This document shows, piece after piece, positions 36,168-46,361 of a stretch of DNA of 64,000 nt. The DNA lies in assembly GCA_030433115.1 (NCBI GenBank), contig JAUILH010000001.1:19682-83681 (forward strand). Reading direction: 5' to 3'. The first letter of the stretch is position 1. Every line of letters starts with the position of its first letter. Under the pieces are notes generated by a model. It was given only the letters and a program-made list of their open reading frames with translations. It was not told the DNA's origin and did not search any database. Both the position numbers and the translations under genes were made by a program. The DNA is from Bacteroidia bacterium (GTDB lineage Bacteria > Bacteroidota > Bacteroidia > Flavobacteriales_D > JAUILH01).

Positions 36168-36725
36168 ATGAATTTGCTGGACCTGGTTTTAATTATCCCT
36201 GTTGCTTATGGCGCCTGGGTTGGATTTAAAAAGGGATTTGTCATAGAAGTTGCTACGCTTCTGGCATTAGTTCTGGGCGTTTGGGGGGCTATTGTGTTTT
36301 CAGACTATGTTGGAAAGTCGCTGGCGGAAAACACCTCAATCGACGGAAGGTATGTAGCCATGACAGCCTTCACCATTACTTTTTTTGGGATCGCCATTGG
36401 CATATATTTCCTAGGTAAATTGATCGAAAAGTCCGTTAACCTGGTTGCTATGAAACCGGTGAACAAAATTGCGGGTTTGAGCTTTGGAGGTTTGAAATGG
36501 TTGTTTGCTATTTCAGTGGTTTTAGTCATCGTTGAAGCATTTGATTCTCAATCCTCCTTTGTGAGTGCAGATTCTAAGGGAAAATCTTTGTTGTATGAAC
36601 CGGTGAAAACGGTATCGCTCACCTCTATTCCTGCTTTGGGTAACAGCCAGTTGATCCTGAAAGAAATCGATGAGAAAGTAGAGTTTCTATCTACTCAAAA
36701 GGACAGTTTACAAGCGCTCAATTAA
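36168..36725 (+). CDS. cvpA: CvpA-family membrane protein
   Basis: 'MNLLDLVLIIPVAYGAWVGFKKGFVIEVATLLALVLG' is the typical CvpA N-terminus, and there are 4 TM helices. I chose the ATG at 36168 rather than the ORF-track 36108. Confidence 0.7.
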   Translation: MNLLDLVLIIPVAYGAWVGFKKGFVIEVATLLALVLGVWGAIVFSDYVGKSLAENTSIDGRYVAMTAFTITFFGIAIGIYFLGKLIEKSVNLVAMKPVNKIAGLSFGGLKWLFAISVVLVIVEAFDSQSSFVSADSKGKSLLYEPVKTVSLTSIPALGNSQLILKEIDEKVEFLSTQKDSLQALN

Positions 36726-36743
36726 AACACCCAAAAACTAAAT

Positions 36744-36793
36744 CATGCTTTAACATCCGCTGAAAGAAAGCAAGCGACGGATGCTAAAACATG
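36744..36793. terminator. Candidate bidirectional terminator hairpin between convergent cvpA and the VWA gene
   Basis: Imperfect 16-bp stem (CATGCTTTAACATCCG / CGGATGCTAAAACATG, 2 mismatches) with an 18-nt loop. Confidence 0.35.
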
Positions 36794-36818
36794 ATAAAAC
36801 CTATTCAGGAAAAGGAGT

Positions 36819-38423
36819 TTACATTTCTTTGCTTGAGTAAATATGTCGACTGGTTTTAACCAATGTCATAAAGTCTCGTCTCAAGTTGTTCGGGTCTGCA
36901 TTGCTGCTACCGTCTGCCAATTCAAGAATCTGATTCAAAGAAAAGCCCTCGATATGTGCAGATTCTCTTAAAGTCATTCCAAAAGCCGACACGGCAGCAG
37001 AAAACCTGAAATCATCTGAAGTCTGTGAAAGTGGAAGCGCCTCAGAATTCACTTTGTAGGCAATTAACTGACTGGTAGATTCATTTGGAAGCTTGTACCT
37101 CAATTTGATGTGCGCCAATTCGCCATTGTCTGCACTGCTTGTATTTGCTTGATATTTTAAGTTCCGGTCGTTTGTGGCTTTACCGCGGATAATTTCGTAG
37201 ATGGCTGTTACGGTATGTCCCGCACCAATTTCTCCGGCATCTTTTTTATCGTTGTCGAAATCCTCTTCATTCATGAGTCTGTTTTCGTAACCAATCAATC
37301 TATAGGAAGCCACCATTTCCGGGTTGAATTCCACTTGTATTTTCACGTCTTTGGCGATGGTCATTAAGGTGCCAGCCAGGTTATTAACCAGTATGTGGTT
37401 TGATGATCTCATGTCATCAATGTAGAAATAGTTTCCGTTGCCATGATCAGCAATGGCTTCCATTTTGGAGTCTTTGTAATTGCCCATACCAAACCCTAAG
37501 GCAGTGATATAGATGCCCAAATCTCTTTTAGATTCAATGAGCCTTTGCATTTCAGCATCCGAACTTGGTCCGACATTGAAATCACCATCGGTCGCCAGAA
37601 TAATTCTGTTAATACCATTTGTTATGAAGTGCTTTTCGGCAATTTGGTAGGCCAACTCAATGCCCTCAGCACCCCCAGTTGATCCTCCTGGACGTAATCC
37701 ATTGAGTTTAGTTGTGATCAAAAAAGGATTGTCGCAGGACGCACCATCCAAAACTACCCCGGAATTTCCGGCATAAACCACAAGAGAAATCTTGTCCCGT
37801 CCGTTCATCTGGTTGACCATTTTTATGAGGCTTTTCTTGAGCAAGGGCAGCTTATTTGCCTGATCCATTGAGCCAGAAACATCTACTAGAAATACAAGAT
37901 TTGATGGAGGTAATTCGTCGATAGACATTTTTTGACCTTGTAAGCCAATGTGCAGCAATTGTTTGTCTTCATCCCATGGACACTCTGCCAACTCAGTGTA
38001 AACAGAAAATGGCTTTTGATCTGTGGGAGTGGGGTAGTTGTAATCAAAATAGTTGATGAATTCTTCGATTCTCACTGCGTCTACGGGAGGTTTGCTGCCA
38101 ACCTCAAGCATTCTTCTCACATTGGTGTAACTGGCATTATCAACATCTATTGAGAAGGTAGACAACGGTTCTCTCAGAGGGTTTTTAAAGTCGTTTTCTT
38201 TGATGTAAGCATAGCTCTCGGTGTTATGCTCTATTTGGCTTGTTGGTTCATCATAGGCAACTTCCTCTGTTGAATAAACGAGCTCTTCGCCTTCACCATC
38301 TTCTTTTTCGGCATAGTCCGCTTTTGTACTGCGGGCTTCACTTTGATTTGAGGCTTCATCTGCCGTACCACAAGCAAAAGCCACGAGGCCAATCAGAGAT
38401 ATCAGTATTGAATTCTTTTTCAT
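36819..38423 (-). CDS. von Willebrand factor type A (VWA) domain lipoprotein, YfbK-like
   Basis: Lipobox 'LVAFAC'. MIDAS motif 'VFLVDVSGSM' and the 'ATDGDFNVG' motif. The long C-terminal domain is typical of vWA_3/DUF3520 proteins. Confidence 0.75.
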   Translation of the reverse strand: MKKNSILISLIGLVAFACGTADEASNQSEARSTKADYAEKEDGEGEELVYSTEEVAYDEPTSQIEHNTESYAYIKENDFKNPLREPLSTFSIDVDNASYTNVRRMLEVGSKPPVDAVRIEEFINYFDYNYPTPTDQKPFSVYTELAECPWDEDKQLLHIGLQGQKMSIDELPPSNLVFLVDVSGSMDQANKLPLLKKSLIKMVNQMNGRDKISLVVYAGNSGVVLDGASCDNPFLITTKLNGLRPGGSTGGAEGIELAYQIAEKHFITNGINRIILATDGDFNVGPSSDAEMQRLIESKRDLGIYITALGFGMGNYKDSKMEAIADHGNGNYFYIDDMRSSNHILVNNLAGTLMTIAKDVKIQVEFNPEMVASYRLIGYENRLMNEEDFDNDKKDAGEIGAGHTVTAIYEIIRGKATNDRNLKYQANTSSADNGELAHIKLRYKLPNESTSQLIAYKVNSEALPLSQTSDDFRFSAAVSAFGMTLRESAHIEGFSLNQILELADGSSNADPNNLRRDFMTLVKTSRHIYSSKEM

Positions 38424-38502
38424 TGTTTTAGGTATTTAGGTTTGCAATTTTTAACCTATATACCCGTGGAAAAAGAAAGGTAACCCTGACGTAAATTTTT
38501 AT

Positions 38503-39453
38503 TTATCCGTAAGGACAATCCTCTGTATCGCAGTTCACATCTAGATTATTTGCCTTAGGGTCCTTTAACTGCTCAATTCTGTCTTCAATTCGTTCTTGTT
38601 CTCCTTTGGAAAGTCTGACATCCTCAATAATCATTCGCAATTCTGCAGAAATCTTGGAAGGAGAAAACATGTGCGATTGAAAGTCATAGCCCATTTCGAG
38701 GGCATTGCGTCTAACCTTTCCCAGTAGTTCTGTGAGGTCAGACTTTCCATATTGGTCAACATAATGGTCGTGGGCGATTAAAAAATTGTAGGCAGAGGAA
38801 TCTCCAATATTGGTAGAACCGCCGTAATCCCATGTTTGTGTAAACCATTTTTTGAATCCGTACTCTGTGAGGTTACCAAAATCTCCTTCTGACATGTCAC
38901 ACAAAGCCATGAACTCATCATCCTGGGTCCCTTCGGTCATTTGAGCAAGAGAATCCAAAACTCGATTGTCAAAGGTAAAATCGAGTTCGGTGCACTCGGC
39001 TACACAGCTCAAGTAAAAACCATTCATTTCATGCTGATAGTCATCCACATCTACAACCACGTCATACGCATCATACTTCTCTGTATTTTTATACATGGCA
39101 CTATTCAATTGGTCAATCATTTTCTGTCCAGAAGAATACCAATCCATAAAATCATCATCCGTTTTCAGCTCTTGAGCGCGGGTGGCCCAGTTCTGAAGCA
39201 AGATGACCTCTGTTTCTGATAAGTACTTTTTGAGAGTAGATGTAAATGCATCAGAGAAATAGACCAGTTCAATCTCTTCTTGCTCGTCTGGCAGAGAGTC
39301 TTTGGCAATTAGAGAGCTGTCATTTCGAGCCGTAGAATCTGCGGCTTCTTCTTTTTGATTGTTTGAAGCGTCTGTATTCTCGGACGATTCGTCTTTACTT
39401 CCACATGACGTCAAAACAAGTGCGCCAATGACAATTAAATGTAAATATTTCAT
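38503..39453 (-). CDS. Acidic lipoprotein of unknown function
   Basis: Lipobox 'VLTSC' followed by a D/E/S-rich linker. Its ATG overlaps the pgk stop (ATGA, 39450-39453). Confidence 0.5.
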   Translation of the reverse strand: MKYLHLIVIGALVLTSCGSKDESSENTDASNNQKEEAADSTARNDSSLIAKDSLPDEQEEIELVYFSDAFTSTLKKYLSETEVILLQNWATRAQELKTDDDFMDWYSSGQKMIDQLNSAMYKNTEKYDAYDVVVDVDDYQHEMNGFYLSCVAECTELDFTFDNRVLDSLAQMTEGTQDDEFMALCDMSEGDFGNLTEYGFKKWFTQTWDYGGSTNIGDSSAYNFLIAHDHYVDQYGKSDLTELLGKVRRNALEMGYDFQSHMFSPSKISAELRMIIEDVRLSKGEQERIEDRIEQLKDPKANNLDVNCDTEDCPYG

Positions 39454-40637
39454 GATTGGATTGCTTTAATTCCCGGTAATTCTTTGCCTTCTAAAAATTC
39501 TAACATGGCGCCGCCGCCAGTTGATACATGACTGACCTGATCAGCCAAGCCGTATTTGTTAATTGCGGCCACTGAATCACCACCGCCAATTAGGGTAAAC
39601 CCACCTTGAGCACTTACGTTCACACAAGCTTGAGCTACTGCTTTAGTACCTGCCTCAAAATTATCGAACTCGAATACGCCCATTGGACCGTTCCACAAAA
39701 TGGTTTTGGAATTTTCTATGCAGGATACACAACTCTCGGTCGCTTTTGGTCCTATATCCAGGCCCATCCAACCATCTGGAATCTCTGAGCTGGAAGTTTC
39801 TTTTTTCTCAGCATCATTTGAAAAACCATTGGCAATGATTGAATCCTCCGGTAAAATCACAGATACATTTTTGGCTTCAGCCATTTTTAGGATCTCTTTG
39901 GCTGTTTCCAGTTGATCGTCTTCAACCAAAGAACTGCCCACTTGTCCGCCCATTGCCTTTGAAAAGGTGTATACCATGCCACCACCCAAAATCAAATTGT
40001 CAATTTTGTCGAGCAAGTTGGTAATAATTGAGATTTTTGAAGACACTTTGGCGCCGCCCACTATCGCCGTTACAGGTTTTTCGCCAGTAGAAAACAAACG
40101 CTCTACACTTTCAATTTCTTTACTGATCAAATAGCCGAAAAGCTTGTCGTTAGGGAAAAATTTGGCGACCACGGTTGTAGAGGCATGTGCCCTATGCGCA
40201 GTTCCAAAAGCATCATTCACGTAAACGTCTCCATGCTGAGCCAATTGTTGTGCAAAATTTTCCGTGCCGGCAGTTTCGTGTTTGTGGAAGCGTAAATTTT
40301 CAAGCAAAATGACCTTGCCCGCTTCAAATTCTTTGGTCTGTTCAACAATTTTGTCGCCCACACAATCGTCCAAGAAAATAACTGATTTACCGAGAGCAGC
40401 TTCTAGAGTTGGAACAATGTGTTTCAAAGAAAACTTCTCTTCTGGACCATTTTTTGGTCTGCCCAAGTGAGACATAATGACCAAACTTCCGCCATCATTT
40501 AAAATTTTCTTCAAAGTTGGCAGTGCTGCACGAATTCTGGTACCATCAGTCACCTCAAAAGTTTCCTTATTCAAAGGCACGTTAAAGTCTACCCTGACCA
40601 GTGCGCGCTTACCGTTAAAATTGTAATTATCAATCAT
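39450..40637 (-). CDS. pgk: Phosphoglycerate kinase
   Basis: 'KRALVRVDFNVPL', 'SHLGRPKNG' and 'GGGDSVAA' motifs. Size is 395 aa. Confidence 0.92.
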   Translation of the reverse strand: MIDNYNFNGKRALVRVDFNVPLNKETFEVTDGTRIRAALPTLKKILNDGGSLVIMSHLGRPKNGPEEKFSLKHIVPTLEAALGKSVIFLDDCVGDKIVEQTKEFEAGKVILLENLRFHKHETAGTENFAQQLAQHGDVYVNDAFGTAHRAHASTTVVAKFFPNDKLFGYLISKEIESVERLFSTGEKPVTAIVGGAKVSSKISIITNLLDKIDNLILGGGMVYTFSKAMGGQVGSSLVEDDQLETAKEILKMAEAKNVSVILPEDSIIANGFSNDAEKKETSSSEIPDGWMGLDIGPKATESCVSCIENSKTILWNGPMGVFEFDNFEAGTKAVAQACVNVSAQGGFTLIGGGDSVAAINKYGLADQVSHVSTGGGAMLEFLEGKELPGIKAIQS

Positions 40638-40657
40638 CGTCCTCCGCTTATGTCTTG

Positions 40658-40688
40658 CAAAAATAAACCTTCAAAGAGATTAGTCAAA
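40658..40688 (-). promoter_or_regulatory. Sigma-A promoter of the pgk operon
   Basis: The minus strand reads TTTG (40688-40685), a 19-nt spacer, then TATTTTTG (40665-40658), with 20 nt to the ATG at 40637. Confidence 0.55.
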
Positions 40689-40707
40689 TCTCATATCAAA
40701 TTAAACT

Positions 40708-40715
40708 TAACTTTG
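40708..40715 (+). promoter_or_regulatory. -7 box TAACTTTG placed 4 nt upstream of the holB ATG (leaderless geometry)
   Basis: TAACTTTG-TGAT-ATG (ATG at 40720). Confidence 0.35.
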
Positions 40716-40719
40716 TGAT

Positions 40720-41835
40720 ATGCTCGCTCAGAGTTTCACGCATTTGCACAGACATATAGATAGATTAAATGCTCAAATTGAGGCTGGGAAAGTGCCCCAC
40801 GCGCGCTTGATACATGCCAAACCTGGCTACGGAAGTCTGGTATTGGCGTTGGCACATGCCGCGCAACTTCTTAAAGGCAATGCCTGGGATGAACAGGTTT
40901 GGAAACTCAATCATCCCGACCTGCATTTTACGTTTCCGCTTGTATCAAGTGGCAATTTTGACACAACGGATGATTGCATGAATGAGTTGAGAATGATGTT
41001 GGAAGACAACCCTTTATTCGATAAAATCGATTGGGTATCAACCATTGCCGAGGACGCAAATAAACTGGCCATTATTAGTAAGAACGAGAGCGACCGAATC
41101 TGGAAGAAACTTAACTTAAAATCTTTTTCGGGGGGCAGTAAGGTCATGATTATTTGGGGGGCAGATAGTATGAACATTGCCACGGCTAACAAACTACTCA
41201 AGTTAATAGAGGAGCCTCCCAACGACACGTACATCATTCTCCTTGCGGAAAACACAGAGGACATTTTACCCACAATTCTGTCTCGTTGCCAATTGTGGCG
41301 CTTACCACCTCTACCATTAGGGGAAGTGAAGGAGGCACTTATTCAGAATTTTTCATTATCAGCTGAACAAGCTCAAAATGTAGCGGCCCTTTCAGAAGGA
41401 GATTTTGCAGTGGGGAGGAGGCATGCATTGGATCATTCTGACGGCAATGAGTTTCATCCTCTATTTGTGAATTGGATGAGAGCGGCTTACAAAAAAGATT
41501 TACCAGCCCTGGTTGATTGGAGTGAAGAGGTGCATAAGCTCAAGAGAAGTAAGCAGCAACGCTTTATTCAATACGCTTTGAACTTTTTTCGACAGTGCAT
41601 GATAGGCAAATATGTGGGAAATGATTCCGCACTTTTATTTGGAGGAGAGAAAGATTTCGCTGCGAAATTTGGTAAATTTGTTCATGGAGGAAACATTGTA
41701 GAGTTGATGACTCTGCTCGATGAAGCGCACTATCACGTAGAAAGAAATGGCAGTGCCAAGTTGATATTCCTCGATCTTTCGGTGAAGATTATTAGATTGT
41801 TGCACAAAAAAGAACCTTACGTTCAAAAAGCATAG
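40720..41835 (+). CDS. holB: DNA polymerase III delta-prime subunit-like clamp-loader protein
   Basis: 'HARLIHAKPGYGSLVLALAHA' is a degenerate P-loop. 'NKLLKLIEEPPNDTYIILLAEN...ILPTILSRCQ' is the sensor/SRC region. Confidence 0.75.
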   Translation: MLAQSFTHLHRHIDRLNAQIEAGKVPHARLIHAKPGYGSLVLALAHAAQLLKGNAWDEQVWKLNHPDLHFTFPLVSSGNFDTTDDCMNELRMMLEDNPLFDKIDWVSTIAEDANKLAIISKNESDRIWKKLNLKSFSGGSKVMIIWGADSMNIATANKLLKLIEEPPNDTYIILLAENTEDILPTILSRCQLWRLPPLPLGEVKEALIQNFSLSAEQAQNVAALSEGDFAVGRRHALDHSDGNEFHPLFVNWMRAAYKKDLPALVDWSEEVHKLKRSKQQRFIQYALNFFRQCMIGKYVGNDSALLFGGEKDFAAKFGKFVHGGNIVELMTLLDEAHYHVERNGSAKLIFLDLSVKIIRLLHKKEPYVQKA

Positions 41836-41849
41836 ACAGGGATAAGAAA

Positions 41850-43109
41850 ATGGGATGTGGAAATTGTTCGGGAAGTAACGGTGTGCCTGCAGGCTGCAAA
41901 AGCAATGGGGCATGTGCGTCCGGAGGGTGCGATAAAATGTCTGTTTTTGATTGGCTCACAAACATGGAGTTGCCAAGTGGTATGTCTCGCTTTGATGGGG
42001 TAGAGATTAGGTTTAAGAATAACCGTAAACACTTTTACAGAAATATTGATGGTTTGTCTTTGGTTCCCGGAGATGTGGTAGTTACTGAAGCCAGTCCGGG
42101 ACATGATGTGGGTGTCGTGTCAGCCGTTGGAGAATTGGCAAGAATTCAAATGAATCGCAAGCAGCCCAATCAAAAAACCCATGAACTGAGAAAGATTTAC
42201 AGAAAGGCTCATGAAAACGACATAGAGAAATGGAAGGAAGCCAGAGGTTTGGAAACCGAAACCATGTATAGGGCGCGCGAATTGGCTTTAAAGCATGAGT
42301 TGTCCATGAAAATCTCAGATGTGGAGTATCAAGGCGATAGAAATAAAGCCACATTTTACTATACCGCAGACGAACGGGTAGATTTTAGGGCACTGTTGAA
42401 GAGCATGGCGGACGCATTCAAAGTGCGCATTGAAATGAAACAAATCGGTGCCAGGCAAGAAGCTGGTCGTTTGGGAGGAATAGGCAGTTGTGGAAGAGAA
42501 CTTTGCTGTGCCACCTGGCTGAATGATTTTAGAAGTGTGTCGACGAGTGCAGCAAGATACCAGCAATTGTCATTGAATCCGCAAAAATTAGCTGGTCAGT
42601 GCGGCAAATTGAAGTGTTGTTTGAATTACGAGCTGGATCAGTACATAGAGGCCTTCAAAAAGTTTCCTAGTAACGACATTAGGTTAGAGACTAAGAAGGG
42701 AACAGCAGTGCATCAAAAAACAGACATATTCAAGGGGCTTATGTGGTACGCCTATTTAGACCCGAAACATGGTGGCGTTCATGTGCCTTTGAATGCAGAT
42801 CGAGTGAATGAGATCATTGCCCTCAACAAAAAAGGTCAGAAACCGGAAGGCTTGGAGTCCTTTAAGGAAGTTGTATTCACTGAAAAACTGCCGGATTACA
42901 GTAACGTGGTTGGGCAGGATGACCTGACTCGTTTTGACAAGGCTTTCAAAAAGAAGAAGAAAAAGAAAAAACGACCCAATCAAAACCAAAGAAAACAGGG
43001 CAAACCACAACACACTCAGGCCAAATCAAAGTCGGGAGGAGGGAATAAACCAAGACCTAAAAACAAAAAGAAATCGAATTCCGGAAACAAACCGAATAAT
43101 CAAAAGTAA
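41850..43109 (+). CDS. PSP1-domain protein (RicT/YaaT-like) with a Cys-rich N-terminus and a Lys/Asn-rich tail
   Basis: The PSP1 core is 'ATFYYTADERVDFRALLKSMADAFKVRIEMKQIGARQEA...CGRELCC...CGKLKCCLNYE'. The N-terminus is 'GCGNCSGSNGVPAGCKSNGACASGGC'. Confidence 0.8.
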   Translation: MGCGNCSGSNGVPAGCKSNGACASGGCDKMSVFDWLTNMELPSGMSRFDGVEIRFKNNRKHFYRNIDGLSLVPGDVVVTEASPGHDVGVVSAVGELARIQMNRKQPNQKTHELRKIYRKAHENDIEKWKEARGLETETMYRARELALKHELSMKISDVEYQGDRNKATFYYTADERVDFRALLKSMADAFKVRIEMKQIGARQEAGRLGGIGSCGRELCCATWLNDFRSVSTSAARYQQLSLNPQKLAGQCGKLKCCLNYELDQYIEAFKKFPSNDIRLETKKGTAVHQKTDIFKGLMWYAYLDPKHGGVHVPLNADRVNEIIALNKKGQKPEGLESFKEVVFTEKLPDYSNVVGQDDLTRFDKAFKKKKKKKKRPNQNQRKQGKPQHTQAKSKSGGGNKPRPKNKKKSNSGNKPNNQK

Positions 43110-43111
43110 AA

Positions 43112-43570
43112 ATGAAAACGCTTGTCTACATAGCAGTCGCAATGACTTTGTTTGCGTGTGATTCATCTACTTACTACGATGACATGGAAGCCATTGGTAA
43201 TGATGGTTGGAAGCAAGATAAGTTCATTGAACAAACGGTTGACATTGAGGACGCTGAGGAACAGTTTGACGTGTATCTGAACATTAGAAACACCAAAGAT
43301 TATCAGTATTGGAATTTGTTCGTGTTTTTGGATATTGAGGACCCGGATGGTGAAGTTTGGAAGGACACAGTTGAGCTCACCATTTCTGATGAAAATGGTA
43401 AATGGACCAGCGAAGATGTGTCTGAAACTTATGTCATGAATTCTTTCAGAACTTATCAGGATTACACCTTCCCAAAACCAGGAAAATACACCTTCAAATT
43501 ATCTCACGGCATGTATGATGACCCCTTAATTGGCATTTCTGACGTGGGCATCAGACTAGAGAAAAAATAG
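43112..43570 (+). CDS. gldH: Gliding motility lipoprotein GldH
   Basis: Lipobox 'LFAC'. 'FDVYLNIRNTKDYQYWNLFVFL' and the C-terminal 'GISDVGIRLEKK' match the GldH pattern. Synteny after holB and the PSP1 gene also fits. Confidence 0.75.
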   Translation: MKTLVYIAVAMTLFACDSSTYYDDMEAIGNDGWKQDKFIEQTVDIEDAEEQFDVYLNIRNTKDYQYWNLFVFLDIEDPDGEVWKDTVELTISDENGKWTSEDVSETYVMNSFRTYQDYTFPKPGKYTFKLSHGMYDDPLIGISDVGIRLEKK

Positions 43571-43665
43571 TTTCCGGCAGATTATCAAGAGTCACATGCG
43601 AATAATTACCTCCCGAACGGGCGTATCTGCAAAAGCAATAATTTTATCTTTACCAATTCTAAACT

Positions 43666-46332
43666 ATGGATAAAGTAAAGGCCTTTCTCAAAAAGCTTCA
43701 GTTTTGGAAAAAAGATGGTGATCAAAAACCAAAAAATTCCGAAAAAAAGAAAGAAGCTAAAGACGCCCGCCCAAAAATGAGGCGAGGGTGGAGATGGACC
43801 TTTATCACGTTGATTTGGGTAGCTGCCCTCTTGCCCTGGTTGATATTCTGGTTATGGCTGAAATCTGCTGGAAGTGATGGCATGCCATCAACCAAGGAAT
43901 TGGAAAACCCAAGAAGCAAAGAGGCCTCAGAGATTTATTCTTCAGATGGCGAGTTGATGGGTAAATACTACGCTGAAAACAGAACACCTGTTAATTTTTC
44001 TGATTTAAGCCCTTATCTGGTAGATGCTTTGATCTCTACTGAAGATGAGCGCTACATGGAACACCCCGGTATTGATGTGAAGTCAATTCCCCGTGTTGTG
44101 AAAGGCGTTGTTTCCGGTGAGTCTAGTGCTGGAGGTGGATCAACCATTACGCAGCAGTTGGCAAAAATGTTGTTCTCTGAAAGGGATTTTGGAGACATGG
44201 GAAAATGGGATAAACTCAAAGCCCTGGTAGACGTGAAGCTGAAAGAGTGGATCATGGCAACCGAGTTAGAACGCAAGTTCACCAAAGAAGAAATCATCAC
44301 CATGTATTTCAATAAGTTTGATTTCCTTAACAATGCAGTGGGTGTTCACAGTGCTGCGCGCGTTTATTTCAACACTACGCCAGATTCTTTGACCATGGAG
44401 CAGGCCGCCATGTTGGTAGGAATGGCAAAAAACCCATCTTATTTTAATCCAAGACGCCATCCGGAAAGAACCAAAGGAAGACGTAATCAGGTATTGAAAC
44501 AATGGTTAAGAAACTCCAATAAAGACAATAAAGCACTCAAGTTTAAGATTACACAAGCGCAATGCGACTCCCTGATGAAACTGCCCATGGAATTGGATTA
44601 CCAGGAAGTGGATCACCAGAGCGGAATAGCCCCCTATTTTCGAGAGATTTTGCGTGAAGCGGTAGTAGATACCCTGGCAAAAATGTATATGAGGGATTAC
44701 AGGGCTATGCAGCGCGTATTGTCTGAATCCGAATACAAAGATTTTACGGATTCCCTGAAGGTTATTAAAGACAATAACGGCAAAGGAAAAAAGTATCGAA
44801 AAGCCAAAAAAGAGTTAATCGTTAGGTGGTCTAAGTACATGATATACAATAAAGGCCTAAGAATCTATACCACCATTGATGGCAGAATGCAACGCTACGC
44901 AGAAGAATCTGTGAAGCAGTGGCTGGGCTCTAAGTTGCAGGCTGAAATGGAGAAACAGCAAAAGAAGCGACTCAAAGAAGAGTGGCCTTTTGATTATACG
45001 GGAAATCAGGATGGCAAGTATTTGACCAAAGAAGAACGTCTTGAAAAAATCGCTGAAGTGATGGACAGAGGTATGAGACGCTCGGACAGATGGAAAAACA
45101 TGAGAGCAAGAGGGGTCAGTGAAACCAAAAGAATCGAGAGTTTTCACAAGCCCATCCCAATGAAAGTATTCAGCTGGCAAGGTGACATTGATACCGTGAT
45201 GACACCATGGGATTCCATTCGTTACTACAAACAATTTTTCCAGGCTGGCATGATGTCTATGGACCCGAATACAGGATTTGTGAAAGCCTGGGTGGGAGGA
45301 ACCGATTTCTATCATTTCAAATATGACCATGTCATCAAATCCAGACGACAAGTAGGATCGACTATCAAACCCTTCGTTTATGCCACAGCTCTCGATTTGG
45401 GCATCATCGACCCATGTACAGAAATTCCAAATGTGCCTTATTGTGTAGATCAACCACATACCAAAAGAAGAGATAAATCCTGGTGTCCAAAAGGAAGCAC
45501 CTATGATGAGGAGTACGTATCTATGACTTATGGATTGGCTGGATCCATGAACAACATTACCGCCTGGGTCATGAATGAAATTGGTCAAGGAAACGGAACA
45601 GGACCGGAAATTGTGAAAAAAAGAATTGCAGATTTGGGTATTGATACGGGCTATGTAGATGCTGTACCGGCGTTGTGCTTGGGGATTCCAGATCTTCAAG
45701 TATATGAAATGGTGGGCGCCCAGTCTACTTTTGTAAACAGAGGTTTGTATACGCGTCCGATCATCATCAATAGAGTTGAGGACAAACTGGGCAACGTGAT
45801 TTATGACAGTGATCCACAAATGAAAGAGGTATTCAGTGAAGATGTGGCTTATCTGACTTTGCAGTTGATGAAAGGTGTGATGCGTGGAGCAAGAAGACGT
45901 GACGGGAAAGCAGCCGGAACAGCAGCCGGTATTCGCTCAACGTACTACGATTGGGGAGGCATTACTCAACCTATGGCGGGAAAAACGGGAACCACTCAAA
46001 ACGGATCTGATGGTTGGTTCATGGGCTTAACGCCAGACCTGGTCACAGGTGTTTGGGTGGGCGCAGAAGACCGATCAGTGCATTTCCCTACGATTGCATG
46101 GGGACAAGGAGGAAGAATGGCTTTGCCAATCTACGGTTTCTATATGCAGAAGGTATATGCAGATAAAAGCATTAAAATTTCGCAAAAAGACTTTGAAAAG
46201 CCATCTATTCCGCTGTCCGATGAACTTTGGAACTGTCGATTCGATAAGGACCCTGAAGGTCGAATTGATTATGGGGGCGATGATGGTACAGATCCTGATG
46301 ATCCTGATGGCGAGTGGATCATTCCTGATTAA
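43666..46332 (+). CDS. mrcA: Bifunctional penicillin-binding protein 1A (GT51 transglycosylase plus transpeptidase)
   Basis: GT51 motifs 'EDERYMEHPGID' and 'GGSTITQQLAK'. Transpeptidase motifs 'STIKP' (SxxK), 'SMN' and 'KTGTT'. There is a long K/R/E-rich linker insertion between the two domains. Confidence 0.9.
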   Translation: MDKVKAFLKKLQFWKKDGDQKPKNSEKKKEAKDARPKMRRGWRWTFITLIWVAALLPWLIFWLWLKSAGSDGMPSTKELENPRSKEASEIYSSDGELMGKYYAENRTPVNFSDLSPYLVDALISTEDERYMEHPGIDVKSIPRVVKGVVSGESSAGGGSTITQQLAKMLFSERDFGDMGKWDKLKALVDVKLKEWIMATELERKFTKEEIITMYFNKFDFLNNAVGVHSAARVYFNTTPDSLTMEQAAMLVGMAKNPSYFNPRRHPERTKGRRNQVLKQWLRNSNKDNKALKFKITQAQCDSLMKLPMELDYQEVDHQSGIAPYFREILREAVVDTLAKMYMRDYRAMQRVLSESEYKDFTDSLKVIKDNNGKGKKYRKAKKELIVRWSKYMIYNKGLRIYTTIDGRMQRYAEESVKQWLGSKLQAEMEKQQKKRLKEEWPFDYTGNQDGKYLTKEERLEKIAEVMDRGMRRSDRWKNMRARGVSETKRIESFHKPIPMKVFSWQGDIDTVMTPWDSIRYYKQFFQAGMMSMDPNTGFVKAWVGGTDFYHFKYDHVIKSRRQVGSTIKPFVYATALDLGIIDPCTEIPNVPYCVDQPHTKRRDKSWCPKGSTYDEEYVSMTYGLAGSMNNITAWVMNEIGQGNGTGPEIVKKRIADLGIDTGYVDAVPALCLGIPDLQVYEMVGAQSTFVNRGLYTRPIIINRVEDKLGNVIYDSDPQMKEVFSEDVAYLTLQLMKGVMRGARRRDGKAAGTAAGIRSTYYDWGGITQPMAGKTGTTQNGSDGWFMGLTPDLVTGVWVGAEDRSVHFPTIAWGQGGRMALPIYGFYMQKVYADKSIKISQKDFEKPSIPLSDELWNCRFDKDPEGRIDYGGDDGTDPDDPDGEWIIPD

Positions 46333-46361
46333 ATATTTCCCAACTTTAGTATATTTACGAT

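Noticed and set aside
42934-43161. A 75-aa alternate-frame ORF over the poly-purine/poly-Lys tail of the PSP1 gene, considered as a possible programmed frameshift or pseudogene
   Set aside because: The annotated frame runs uninterrupted through the tract to a stop 2 nt before the gldH ATG, and the PSP1 core is intact. Nothing requires a frameshift.
44857-45819. A 320-aa ORF antisense to the PBP1A gene
   Set aside because: The plus-strand frame carries unambiguous GT51 and transpeptidase motifs through this interval. The antisense product has no recognisable motif or membrane/secretion signal, so it is most simply a shadow ORF.
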